DNA of 56,247 nucleotides from a virus (taxonomy: Duplodnaviria > Caudoviricetes). Below the pieces are notes generated by a model. The model had not been told where the DNA came from and ran no database searches. It saw only the letters and a program-made list of their open reading frames with translations. The position numbers were made by a program, and so were the translations under genes. This document shows positions 8,566-17,203 of the stretch, piece by piece. Where the stretch lies: the IMG/VR virus record IMGVR_UViG_3300012349_000002, positions 1 to 56,247 of that record; one strand, given 5' to 3'. How positions within the stretch are numbered: the first letter of the stretch is position 1; every line of letters begins with the position of its first letter.

Positions 8566-8589
8566 AAACTGGAGCTGGGCGGGAATTAC
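8546..8589 (+). promoter_or_regulatory. Second copy of the CCCTGAAA-loop hairpin followed by GGCGGGAA
   Basis: GCTCCAG-CCCTGAAAA-CTGGAGC; same loop and tail as 8064-8106 with a different stem. Confidence 0.55.
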
Positions 8590-8597
8590 TTTGATTT

Positions 8598-9203
8598 ATG
8601 AGAGTTTTGGTCGCTTGTGAGTTTTCTGGCATTGTCCGGGATGCTTTTTCTAAAAGAGGACACGAGGCATGGTCATGCGATTTACTTCCGAGCGAACGGG
8701 ACGGGCGACATATTCAAGACGACGTATTGCTTCACTTGGAGGATGGCTGGGACTTGATGATCGCGCATCCCCCATGCACGTATTTAGCGTCTAGTGGTCT
8801 GCATTGGAACAAGCGCGTCGCCGGTCGGGACGAAAAAACGCACGAGGCGATGCTGTTTGTTCTTAATCTGATCGGCGAGGGATTTATAGCTCACGGAATT
8901 CCAAAAATTGCTTTGGAAAATCCCGTTGGATGTATTTCCTCGAAGTACCGAAAACCAGATCAGACGATTCAACCTTGGCAATTCGGCCATCCCGAAAGCA
9001 AAAAAACATGCCTTTGGCTTAAAGGACTTCCGCCATTGAAACCCACCGATTTGCTTTTACCCAAGAATGGAGACTGGAATCGCGGGTGGGACAATCAAAC
9101 CGCCAGTGGTCAGAATAAACTTGGCCCATCACCAACTCGCGCCAAAGAACGCAGTAGAACGTACCAAGGAATCGCCGATGCAATGGCAAATCAATGGGGA
9201 TAA
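8598..9203 (+). CDS. Short DNA cytosine-C5 methyltransferase-like protein
   Basis: VLVACEFSG (motif I variant), HPPC (catalytic), LENP. Confidence 0.8.
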   Translation: MRVLVACEFSGIVRDAFSKRGHEAWSCDLLPSERDGRHIQDDVLLHLEDGWDLMIAHPPCTYLASSGLHWNKRVAGRDEKTHEAMLFVLNLIGEGFIAHGIPKIALENPVGCISSKYRKPDQTIQPWQFGHPESKKTCLWLKGLPPLKPTDLLLPKNGDWNRGWDNQTASGQNKLGPSPTRAKERSRTYQGIADAMANQWG

Positions 9204-9469
9204 AAATCGGCATGAACCGCACAGTATTCGATTTGGCCCACGGCACGGAGCGTAACCGTCAAGTCCACGTTGTCCCCATTAGTGACGAATGGCATCACAA
9301 AGCGTCCGTAAACTGCTGGTGTAAACCACGCGTGGATAGCCTTTCGATTTACGTTCACAATTCAAAAGACGGTCGTGAGCGCGAGGAGAAACTCCACGGT
9401 AAAAAATGCTCACAAGGATGGAACGTCATTGATGTTTACGGCTCGTCGCCACATGCTACGAACATCTAA
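9194..9469 (+). CDS. Hypothetical protein (HVVP..D...H....CWC.P...VHNS.DGRE)
   Basis: His/Cys pattern; last gene of the + arm. Confidence 0.55.
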   Translation: MGIKIGMNRTVFDLAHGTERNRQVHVVPISDEWHHKASVNCWCKPRVDSLSIYVHNSKDGREREEKLHGKKCSQGWNVIDVYGSSPHATNI

Positions 9470-9474
9470 GGAAT

Positions 9475-9504
9475 TGGCAGACTTTCCTTCCCCTCGGTCT
9501 GCCA
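9475..9504. terminator. Hairpin between the convergent early and late arms
   Basis: TGGCAGAC/GTCTGCCA 8-bp stem; no strong U tract. Confidence 0.45.
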
Positions 9505-9517
9505 GCGAGACTGGAAT

Positions 9518-9745
9518 TTAAGGATTCGCTGCGACCGCTGATGCCAGCGCGTCTGACTTCGCTTTCAACGCTGCCACTTCGTCGGTGAGCGGTTGAAGTT
9601 GATCGGCTGTTGCGCCATTGGCCAACGCTGCGTCAATCCCGGCCTGAACACGTACGGCGATGCTGTTGATGAGCGCGGTTGCACTATCCACAACACCTTC
9701 GGTATCCTTGACCGTTTGAATATCTCCTGATAGGTCTGCTGCCAT
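9518..9745 (-). CDS. Small Ala-rich coiled-coil protein
   Basis: AAGGA SD; helical, ends ALASAVAANP. Confidence 0.7.
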   Translation of the reverse strand: MAADLSGDIQTVKDTEGVVDSATALINSIAVRVQAGIDAALANGATADQLQPLTDEVAALKAKSDALASAVAANP

Positions 9746-9761
9746 GTTTTTTATCCTTTCT

Positions 9762-10037
9762 TTAAAGTGCCAGCGTTTGAAGTAATTCGTGGACGGCGCT
9801 GGCCATTCCTTCCACGTCTCTGCGATGACTTCGCAAACTCGCGCCCAGTTCGCTCAAAACGGATTCCGGGTTTTTGTCATCCGATACCGCATGGGGAACC
9901 GAACGCAAAATTGGCTGCAACCGTTGCGCTAATGCCCGCACATTTTCGAATGCGGCTTGAATCGCGTCGCCTAGGAGCTTATTTTCGGAAGCGATCTCGG
10001 AAGATAATTCTACTTGTGGTGTACTTATATTAGTCAT
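9762..10037 (-). CDS. Helical-hairpin hypothetical protein
   Basis: 91-aa coiled-coil ORF in the operon run. Confidence 0.6.
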   Translation of the reverse strand: MTNISTPQVELSSEIASENKLLGDAIQAAFENVRALAQRLQPILRSVPHAVSDDKNPESVLSELGASLRSHRRDVEGMASAVHELLQTLAL

Positions 10038-10042
10038 CTGAT

Positions 10043-10252
10043 TTATTGTTTCTGTTCCTCGATTGCTTTCGCCAATAGATCGGTCTTACCTTTCAGCTTT
10101 TGCGACTCCTCATTTAGCTCTTTGAGTTGCTCCGGCGGTACGACCGTCGAAGCGGATAGCAACGTATCGAGTTTACGCTCCACATTGTTTAACTGCATGG
10201 AAATGGTGACGAGCGCGCCGATCAGCCATTCCTTGAAATCGTGGTCAAACAT
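10043..10252 (-). CDS. Coiled-coil hypothetical protein
   Basis: Heptad pattern. Confidence 0.6.
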   Translation of the reverse strand: MFDHDFKEWLIGALVTISMQLNNVERKLDTLLSASTVVPPEQLKELNEESQKLKGKTDLLAKAIEEQKQ

Positions 10253-10357
10253 CTATTCTCTGTGACTGAATTGTTCTCTGTCATTCCGTCGCAGTCGCAT
10301 CGAATCTATCACGGCGATAATCGAAAGTCCAATTAGAACGCCAGCCAACTTAATCAT
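10253..10357 (-). CDS. 34-aa single-TM peptide
   Basis: Read manually (MIKLAGVLIGLSIIAVID...); coupled at both ends. Confidence 0.45.
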   Translation of the reverse strand: MIKLAGVLIGLSIIAVIDSMRLRRNDREQFSHRE

Positions 10358-10551
10358 TTCGCGGGCTTTTCGATCAGTTCAAATGCATGCGCCCATGCCC
10401 CGCTGGCGCTTGCGGCCGTGCCAAGACATCTAGCTTTAGATGGATGATCCCACACAACGTATTCGCCTTCCACATCCTCATCCGCCTCGATGTACTCGCA
10501 GTAGGCGTCCGGGTATTCGACTTTCACCAACGCTTCATGTTTTGTTTTCAT
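10354..10551 (-). CDS. Hypothetical protein
   Basis: GGAG SD; 65 aa. Confidence 0.55.
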   Translation of the reverse strand: MKTKHEALVKVEYPDAYCEYIEADEDVEGEYVVWDHPSKARCLGTAASASGAWAHAFELIEKPAK

Positions 10552-10555
10552 ATTT

Positions 10556-10672
10556 TTATCTCCAATTATCCAGAACTTTTCCGATCAAATATGTACTCCC
10601 AAACCAGAGCGTAGCGGCTATAATGATCCCGGCAACGACTCCGATTAGTTCACCGAAACCAAAGTTCTTCAT
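10556..10672 (-). CDS. 38-aa single-TM peptide
   Basis: Read manually (MKNFGFGELIGVVAGIIIAATLW...); ATGA-coupled. Confidence 0.45.
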   Translation of the reverse strand: MKNFGFGELIGVVAGIIIAATLWFGSTYLIGKVLDNWR

Positions 10673-11151
10673 GTACCACGCTCCGCTGCTTTGAGCAGTG
10701 TGAAATGGGAAATGATCTCATACGAAACCCGGTAATTATTGCCCTCTTTCTTGATGTTCACATCTTCCGCAATGCTCCGTTTGTACTGCAACTCCATCTG
10801 CTTGTATTTCGCGATGAAATTAGTGTCAACTAAACAACCGTTCGTATCGCAGTCGATGATACCCGCGTTTTGTTTGTTGCCCGAGAACGCGATTGCGTGA
10901 GCGTTGACCGGCTTCGGCGCAACCGTTAGATGAGAGCATGAACACAAGCCTAGCAATAAAATCAGAGCCAATCCATGTTTGATAGCCCATTCCCGCATCG
11001 CGGGCATTGGCGTAGCGCGTTGCTTCGCCCAGTCCTGATGAAGCTGCTGAACTTCGTGATTATGCTGCGCGATGCGATGGTCGCGCTCGTCCATCTGCTC
11101 GACCGTCTCGCCCTCGAACTGAATTCCCGCAGGTGTAGGGTCGTAGAACAT
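10669..11151 (-). CDS. Lipoprotein-like protein (possible spanin); paralog of 12780..13124
   Basis: Internal LILLLGLCSC lipobox; the start may be a downstream Met. Confidence 0.55.
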   Translation of the reverse strand: MFYDPTPAGIQFEGETVEQMDERDHRIAQHNHEVQQLHQDWAKQRATPMPAMREWAIKHGLALILLLGLCSCSHLTVAPKPVNAHAIAFSGNKQNAGIIDCDTNGCLVDTNFIAKYKQMELQYKRSIAEDVNIKKEGNNYRVSYEIISHFTLLKAAERGT

Positions 11152-11373
11152 TTAGCTTGCGGCCATTCTGAGCGCCCTGAGAGCCTCCGCGTGTTGCTCT
11201 GGAGTTGAATTCGGATTAGCTAAAGTGGTCTCAGCTATGCGTACAGCATCCGTTGCTTCCTGTTTGGCAATGGCGAGCTTGTTCTTGACCATTTCGGGCT
11301 TGTTGTAAATTGATCTCTCTTGGCGAAAAACTGCTAATGCCGCCCAGATGGCCTTGATGATTGCTCCGATCAT
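11152..11373 (-). CDS. Small protein with hydrophobic N-terminus (possible i-spanin)
   Basis: MIGAIIKAIWAALAVF followed by helical region. Confidence 0.5.
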   Translation of the reverse strand: MIGAIIKAIWAALAVFRQERSIYNKPEMVKNKLAIAKQEATDAVRIAETTLANPNSTPEQHAEALRALRMAAS

Positions 11374-11374
11374 C

Positions 11375-11506
11375 TCAGTGTCCCGGGAACCATGCCGGGA
11401 AGGATACTGGCGAATCCGATCCGATCCATGAAATGAACAGGTAAAAAAGGTAATAGACGATCACGACTCCAATGATTCTGGCGACAATTTCACCGGGAGT
11501 GGTCAC
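11375..11506 (-). CDS. 43-aa single-TM peptide
   Basis: Read manually; GTG start; IIGVVIVYYLFYLFISW. Confidence 0.4.
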   Translation of the reverse strand: MTTPGEIVARIIGVVIVYYLFYLFISWIGSDSPVSFPAWFPGH

Positions 11507-11511
11507 TTTGA

Positions 11512-12072
11512 TTAAAATGCTTTAGCGACTTGCTTCAAATCCTCTTCTTCCGGGACTCTCTCCACGAATCGAAGGTTCCCGGGCGACTCCGATCCAGCGA
11601 ATCGGGTTGTCCTGTCTGTGCGGATATTCCTGTATGTCAGATGTTGCGTGATGTACGGAGCTGCGCCAGCTTCGAGGCCAGCAGCAACATCCCCAAGCAC
11701 GCGGTAGAGTTCTTTCGTGTTAGTCCCGTATTTGGCGAGCGCGTTCTGATATTGGAGTACCACGATTGGAACTACCAATGCAGCGATTTCCGGGTACGCA
11801 TGCCTGACGCTTTCAGGAATGAACGCATTGACCTGCGTGGTTAACTGATCCGCCGTCGGTGATCCGGTAATCGTCCGAACCGCTGGCGCATACACATCAA
11901 TGTAATTGGCGATCGCTGTTCGTTTGTTGCTGTCTTTGATCGTGTATTTGAGGCCGATGCTGGTAGCAAGGGAAACCGTCGTTACGATTGAGGCGTCGCT
12001 CGAGAAATAAGATTGGAAGCTTGCGCAACCAATAAGGAGCGCGGCGATGCTGACTGCGATGAGTCGTTTCAT
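11512..12072 (-). CDS. Lipoprotein
   Basis: MKRLIAVSIAALLIGC signal peptide and lipobox. Confidence 0.7.
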   Translation of the reverse strand: MKRLIAVSIAALLIGCASFQSYFSSDASIVTTVSLATSIGLKYTIKDSNKRTAIANYIDVYAPAVRTITGSPTADQLTTQVNAFIPESVRHAYPEIAALVVPIVVLQYQNALAKYGTNTKELYRVLGDVAAGLEAGAAPYITQHLTYRNIRTDRTTRFAGSESPGNLRFVERVPEEEDLKQVAKAF

Positions 12073-12281
12073 TGTCCGCCGCCAATCGTGTTAATTCCCC
12101 AAATGATGACCAATATTACGAGGACGATCGCCACGACCAATTTTATCGGTGCAGGGATTGGATGCACCCAGTTTTCTATGCACCAAAGCAAACCACCGAC
12201 GATGGCGAGCACGATGACGAGCACCAAAAAGCCGATCAAAAGACCGTGAAGCTGCGGAGTAATTACGAGCAATGTTGTCAT
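12069..12281 (-). CDS. Two-TM membrane protein (holin candidate)
   Basis: Two long hydrophobic helices around a PIPAP turn. Confidence 0.65.
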   Translation of the reverse strand: MTTLLVITPQLHGLLIGFLVLVIVLAIVGGLLWCIENWVHPIPAPIKLVVAIVLVILVIIWGINTIGGGQ

Positions 12282-12284
12282 TTA

Positions 12285-12521
12285 TTATCCTTCTGTTGTT
12301 GTTTGACTAACTGTTCCTGACTGAGAAGTATTTGGATTCGATGGCAACGGCGCGCGTGGGGCGATGTACGCCGCAACGAAAGCGACGACGGTTGTGATTG
12401 CGCTCGCAGCTTCCGGTGGCACATCAATCTTAAAGCCTCCGTGTAAAATCCATACTAGAAGTATGGAGACGGCAGCTGCAAGACCAGCAGCGTTAGCCTT
12501 GGGAGTAGGCGCTAAATTCAC
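12285..12521 (-). CDS. Two-TM holin-like protein
   Basis: K..AAGLA.A...LVW.L....DVP.E..SAIT.VV.F...Y..P pattern typical of small phage holins. Confidence 0.6.
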   Translation of the reverse strand: MNLAPTPKANAAGLAAAVSILLVWILHGGFKIDVPPEAASAITTVVAFVAAYIAPRAPLPSNPNTSQSGTVSQTTTEG

Positions 12522-12564
12522 AAATCTTCCTGCTTATGCCGCATATTTCACGTGATGACAAGCT

Positions 12565-12777
12565 TTATTTATCAGGGCAATCTTCACAAATGACTATCCA
12601 CTTGCCATCCTCGTAAATGTAGAGGTTGTTCCCGATACGTTTGATCGGCGGCGGTGTAGCATGGCATTCAACGCAGGAATTCGCAGCGCATCCAGTCAAG
12701 AGTCCAATGCCCAACAGCACCAGCATTGCGCCAACGGCGATAACGATCGCGACGATGATTGCGAGCACGGTTGTCAT
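12565..12777 (-). CDS. Membrane-anchored Cys-containing peptide
   Basis: N-terminal TM, LLTGC, CVEC and CEDC. Confidence 0.5.
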   Translation of the reverse strand: MTTVLAIIVAIVIAVGAMLVLLGIGLLTGCAANSCVECHATPPPIKRIGNNLYIYEDGKWIVICEDCPDK

Positions 12778-12779
12778 TG

Positions 12780-13124
12780 TTAGGGATTTAATTCGGGGTC
12801 AGGCGTCGGAGTAGGGGTCGCGCTCTGTTTTGCGCGAATTAAATCTTGATAATGCTCGATGACCGATTCAGGCACAAGGAATTTCGCGCCATGAGCGGCG
12901 ATCTTTTTGTCTTCGGATATGATATAATCGCCGTGGTCTTTTTCGAGCTTCCTATAATTCGAAATCCAATCTGAATCGACAAGTTGGCCATCCGTTTTTG
13001 CCTTCGCTTTGTGGACGTTGGCATGATAACCCGTAGCATGATGTGGACTGTTCTTTGCCAATGGACGCACAGTCACAGTGCAAGCCGCCAGGATGACGAT
13101 GGTCAAAGGAAAAAGGACTCTCAT
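12780..13124 (-). CDS. Lipoprotein (possible o-spanin); paralog of 10669..11151
   Basis: ILAAC lipobox; PTPTP tail. Confidence 0.65.
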   Translation of the reverse strand: MRVLFPLTIVILAACTVTVRPLAKNSPHHATGYHANVHKAKAKTDGQLVDSDWISNYRKLEKDHGDYIISEDKKIAAHGAKFLVPESVIEHYQDLIRAKQSATPTPTPDPELNP

Positions 13125-13603
13125 TTACGCGTCATATTTGCACGAATATCCCTAACAGCTTCGTCGATTCGGCCTAGTCTTTCGTCCATCACATCAATCT
13201 TTTTTGCTGATTTCTCGACCTCAGTCAGGCGCGCTTCATCAATGTTAAACCGAGTCTGATCCGCTTGCAGTCCATACTTGCTCGCGTTTGTCCCGTGTTC
13301 GTCCATTCGAGTTTGATTAGATTCCACAGACGCAACCCGTGTAGCTAAATCTAGGAATTTCTGAGAATTTTGGCCGTAAGTACTGGCAAATGTTATAGCC
13401 CAAAATGAGAGCATGACAATCTGCCCGAGCAAAAAGATGAACAAATTGCTCCGTAAGAAATGTGTGCCATTCACGCTTCGCGTGCCTGTCCAGACGACAG
13501 GATGTTTCGCCTGATCTTGCGGTGATGTGGAGGACGAGAATCCGCTACCAGTTCCAGCGCCAGCTTTCACATCTTTTTTAGGAATTAAATCTTTGAACTT
13601 CAT
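13121..13603 (-). CDS. Single-TM coiled-coil protein (holin/spanin-like)
   Basis: One TM then heptads; directly after the GH75 gene. Confidence 0.55.
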   Translation of the reverse strand: MKFKDLIPKKDVKAGAGTGSGFSSSTSPQDQAKHPVVWTGTRSVNGTHFLRSNLFIFLLGQIVMLSFWAITFASTYGQNSQKFLDLATRVASVESNQTRMDEHGTNASKYGLQADQTRFNIDEARLTEVEKSAKKIDVMDERLGRIDEAVRDIRANMTRK

Positions 13604-14085
13604 TTGGTGAACGGCTGAAGTTGATAAGCAATACCGTCAACAATGGCCGGTTTCCCCGGCCAAAAACGGTACAGCACGCGCTGTTCATCTTCACCACCGA
13701 TATTTGGATCGTCGTTAATCCCAAGCCGTCGCGCGGCTTCTGGACTGATCTCGCCTAGTTTGCTGTGCGGCCCTACATCCGCGCATACGGCGTCGATGGA
13801 CTTGCCCTCGTAATGGATCGTTCCATGACACCCGAGAATTACGCCCTTGAATGCCTTGATAACTTCTGGCGGAAGAACAAAAAAAGGAACCGATTCGCTG
13901 TCAATCGGTTTCCCGTTATGATGAAGCGTAGTATCTGCTTGGCCGTATGGATCGCGCTGCCAATCAGGGCTCCCGTCAATATCTATGTCCGCGTCCGCTA
14001 GGAATTGCCCTGATCCGTCTTCATTATCAATCAGATCAGCAGAATAATGCTCTCCCTTGCTGTAAATCGTCAAAAGTTTTTTCAT
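13600..14085 (-). CDS. GH75 chitosanase-like hydrolase (endolysin candidate)
   Basis: DIDIDG, VPFFVLP and ADVGP...LGEIS..AA..LG GH75 motifs; no signal peptide. Confidence 0.8.
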   Translation of the reverse strand: MKKLLTIYSKGEHYSADLIDNEDGSGQFLADADIDIDGSPDWQRDPYGQADTTLHHNGKPIDSESVPFFVLPPEVIKAFKGVILGCHGTIHYEGKSIDAVCADVGPHSKLGEISPEAARRLGINDDPNIGGEDEQRVLYRFWPGKPAIVDGIAYQLQPFTK

Positions 14086-14091
14086 GGATTA

Positions 14092-14256
14092 TCATCGTGG
14101 ATTGACAGTCCAATGCACTTGTGTTCCGGTCGGCCAGTTCCGTTCTATCCACTCGACAACGCTCTGCATATCGGCAGCGGCAATCTCGATTATGCCGTCA
14201 ATTGACAGGTAATAACAACCTTTGCTTAATGTCACCGTTATTTTATTTGGTTTCAT
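14092..14256 (-). CDS. 54-aa hypothetical protein
   Basis: Read manually (MKPNKITVTLSKGCYYL...); ATGA-coupled. Confidence 0.5.
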   Translation of the reverse strand: MKPNKITVTLSKGCYYLSIDGIIEIAAADMQSVVEWIERNWPTGTQVHWTVNPR

Positions 14257-15356
14257 TTCAAGACGATTGCTCCGTCACCACCCGACACGGTCTTTCCTTT
14301 AACCGTCACAACAGGCGATCCGACTGGATTGTAAACAGCCGTGCCATTCTCAAAGTCCCGGCAGCTCGCGACCCCACTTTTGTACGTTGACCCCACAGTT
14401 TTGCCGAGCTTCGTATCCCAAGTCGAATACCACAGATGCGAATGATCGTCGTGACCAGCAACATTAGTGTAATGCGGCACCAGCACATAAGCATTTGAGA
14501 GCGTTGCGACCGCGCATGTGACCATGCGAACCCGCGCATCGCTCGGCGTCGGGATGTTCTTGATGTCGTTGTAGCAGTTCGCGGTTGGTTTCCGCGCGTG
14601 GCTCTCGTTGTATTTGAGCGTGCCCAAGCATGACGGCCATTGTGTTCCCGCGTTCTCCATGAAAATACCGTTCACACGTCCCATGCTCGCCAAGCTTAAT
14701 TGTTGATAGCCGCCATTCACGATAAGCAAAGCCGTCGATCCAATAGCGTCACGAACCTTTTTGATTATCGTTGTGATGGCTGGCGTGTGCGATTCCGCGC
14801 CGCACCAGTCCAGCATTATCCCGTCGAGTTTACCCGTGGCCATGAGAGCCTTGGCAACCGCCGCAACGTGATCCTGCAAACTCGCATTGTTTATGTCCAA
14901 TAAGAAGTTCGGCCCCCAACTTGGAATTCGCTGGCCATTCTTATCTTTCATCCACCACGGATCGTTGTCGGGCAACTGTGTCGGAGGAAGATCATGCCAT
15001 TGGACGGCACCGAGAACGCGGATTCGTGGATTCAACGAACGAAGTTTAGACAAATCGTAATGAGGCATACTGGTAAGCGCGGGCGTTTGATTCATTGCCC
15101 GGAACCCGCTAGCCGGATATGTATATCCAAAGGCACCTATATTGTGCCAGACTAAATCGTGCTTAGCCAGTGTCTCCGTTGTGTCGGGAAGATTTTCAGC
15201 CGGGCCGTTCCATGCCTGATACACGGCGGGAAACTGCATATCGGTTACTTGTAGCGTCGTAATAACTGCCGGAGTCGGCGCTGGCGCAGGGCTTGATGTA
15301 GAGCACCCCGCCACACCACCAACAACAAGACTGAGAACGAGCAGTCGAAATAGCAT
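14253..15356 (-). CDS. Lipoprotein glycoside hydrolase-like TIM barrel (GHL15-like)
   Basis: VAGC lipobox, Pro/Thr linker, DGIMLD, GIFMEN, RDFENGTAVYNP. Confidence 0.65.
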   Translation of the reverse strand: MLFRLLVLSLVVGGVAGCSTSSPAPAPTPAVITTLQVTDMQFPAVYQAWNGPAENLPDTTETLAKHDLVWHNIGAFGYTYPASGFRAMNQTPALTSMPHYDLSKLRSLNPRIRVLGAVQWHDLPPTQLPDNDPWWMKDKNGQRIPSWGPNFLLDINNASLQDHVAAVAKALMATGKLDGIMLDWCGAESHTPAITTIIKKVRDAIGSTALLIVNGGYQQLSLASMGRVNGIFMENAGTQWPSCLGTLKYNESHARKPTANCYNDIKNIPTPSDARVRMVTCAVATLSNAYVLVPHYTNVAGHDDHSHLWYSTWDTKLGKTVGSTYKSGVASCRDFENGTAVYNPVGSPVVTVKGKTVSGGDGAIVLK

Positions 15357-15729
15357 TCTTATTTCAATGGAGGTTCTTTTTTAAGTATCTCAATTTCTTT
15401 ACGTAGGCTTATCAATTCCTTGTGGATTTCAACCAAGACGCCCATCAGAGGGTCTCTTAGCTTACGTGTCAGTTCAAATAGTACGCCTTTGCTAATCGAG
15501 TTCATTTAAGTGAAAGTCTCAAAGCTAATCTATAAAGTGCTTCTACCATGGAATATGTCGCTATCCAAGCCCACGGACGTTTCAATCGTTTCCTAACATC
15601 TCCCAGTAATTTTCGTTCTTCCTTTGTAAGTTTCATGGCGCACCAAGTTTTCGGAGCGCCCACACAATCATAAAGTAAATCGCCACTAGAAGGAGCACAC
15701 CGGCAAAACTGTTCATTACCGCGAGCATA

Positions 15730-16899
15730 TTAATGAGTCGCCATGTAAGCGCCCCACTTGTCAAGGAACGGAGCTAAAACCGGATCGTCGCAGTCGCCTG
15801 CCCATACTTCAACAAACTTGGCACCGTAATTAACTCCAAACTCCAATGTTACATCTAACTGATAGCGCCCAGTTGCTGTGTCGATACCTGTCCTAGTTCC
15901 ACGGAAATCTTGAAACCCCGGCGTGCTTGTTGCGGTCAACAATAACGCTTCTTTGGCACCGATAGAGTTGGCACCCGGCGCGCCTGTATACCAAAGATCA
16001 TGACAGGAAGAAGCCATGTGATTACCCGGATGCTGCGCTACGCCGTAGTCAAACACAGCTTGAAGTGCTGCTTGGCCGTCTGTGGTTCCCATTGGGGCAC
16101 CAGTAATAAGCGTAATTGGCTTGGACGAAAACTCCGTTGTCATCTTGTCGATCTTAAATTCGACGCCCTCCTTCCATACCGTTAAACCGCCAAGAGAATT
16201 AAAAGTCGCAATGTCTTGGTCAGTATTGACAAAGAATCCTTCGATCACACAACCAATAGGAAGATCAACGTAAGCCAAGCTTGCATTGTTACCATAGCGG
16301 GCCGCCACTTCGTGAATCATGGCCCCCCATTTTGTCTGGAAAACTTTATCCCACGGAACTGGCATTGGCAAAACGGTTGGCGTTTTACCTGGCGTTGTTG
16401 TCACATTAAACTTAAATGCACCCGCGTCATAAACCCAGTGTGGACTTTGTACACCATCACCGATCAATATCGAAAATTTCTTACCGTGTGCCACCGCTTG
16501 CGTAGTGCAAGCATCAAGAAAATCCCAATAAAAATCATTAGCGTTAGCATGTTCGTGTGGCTCGATTCGGTCCCAGTTAGTTCGACAAGTTACATACTGG
16601 ACGTGATTATTCGTAAAGGCGTTGTTATCCGCTTGTGGTATAGGTTGTGGAGCGTCCACTTTATCTGTCTTAAGCATATATCCAATCCCGATACCTAATG
16701 GATGCGAACCCGTAGTAGGTTTTGGCGTCGGCGTGGGAGTTACCTTGGGATTCGGCGTTGGCGTCGGTGTTATCTTTGGTTTTGGAGTTGGCGTCGGGGT
16801 CGGTTTAGGCGGTTTGGCGAATCCGTCCACGGATACAACGATGAAAGTCAGTAACAGTGAGGCGAGAATCAGACCGGCAGGAGTTAGTTTATGTTTCAT
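15730..16899 (-). CDS. Secreted glycoside hydrolase (GH42/GH35-like clan A barrel) with PT linker
   Basis: Sec-type signal peptide, (PT)n linker, WDRIEP...FYWDFLD...P.WV...PVPWD. Confidence 0.7.
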   Translation of the reverse strand: MKHKLTPAGLILASLLLTFIVVSVDGFAKPPKPTPTPTPKPKITPTPTPNPKVTPTPTPKPTTGSHPLGIGIGYMLKTDKVDAPQPIPQADNNAFTNNHVQYVTCRTNWDRIEPHEHANANDFYWDFLDACTTQAVAHGKKFSILIGDGVQSPHWVYDAGAFKFNVTTTPGKTPTVLPMPVPWDKVFQTKWGAMIHEVAARYGNNASLAYVDLPIGCVIEGFFVNTDQDIATFNSLGGLTVWKEGVEFKIDKMTTEFSSKPITLITGAPMGTTDGQAALQAVFDYGVAQHPGNHMASSCHDLWYTGAPGANSIGAKEALLLTATSTPGFQDFRGTRTGIDTATGRYQLDVTLEFGVNYGAKFVEVWAGDCDDPVLAPFLDKWGAYMATH

Positions 16900-17156
16900 A
16901 GGTTTAGTTTTTTCAAGCGCATTTTGATTTCTGTTTCGAGTTCTTTGTCAACCGAAGCTGCGAGTTTGTTCCCCTTTGAATCTTCGTCAGGCCATCGCAG
17001 TTTCCCGACAAATTCGCCACCAATATATTGACCGTCCTTTTCAAACGTCTCTTTGTAAACGCAAATGGAATGATGGATGCCACTGAGTTCGTTGGGATCT
17101 TCGCACAATTCCAATCCAACCTTGTCTATCGCCAGGACAGCTTCAATGAAGTTCAT
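16896..17156 (-). CDS. Hypothetical protein
   Basis: 86 aa; ATGA-coupled to the GH gene. Confidence 0.55.
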   Translation of the reverse strand: MNFIEAVLAIDKVGLELCEDPNELSGIHHSICVYKETFEKDGQYIGGEFVGKLRWPDEDSKGNKLAASVDKELETEIKMRLKKLNL

Positions 17157-17203
17157 GGAATCGCGATGTATTTAAGATGTTTAAAGAAATTGTCAATGCG
17201 GTA

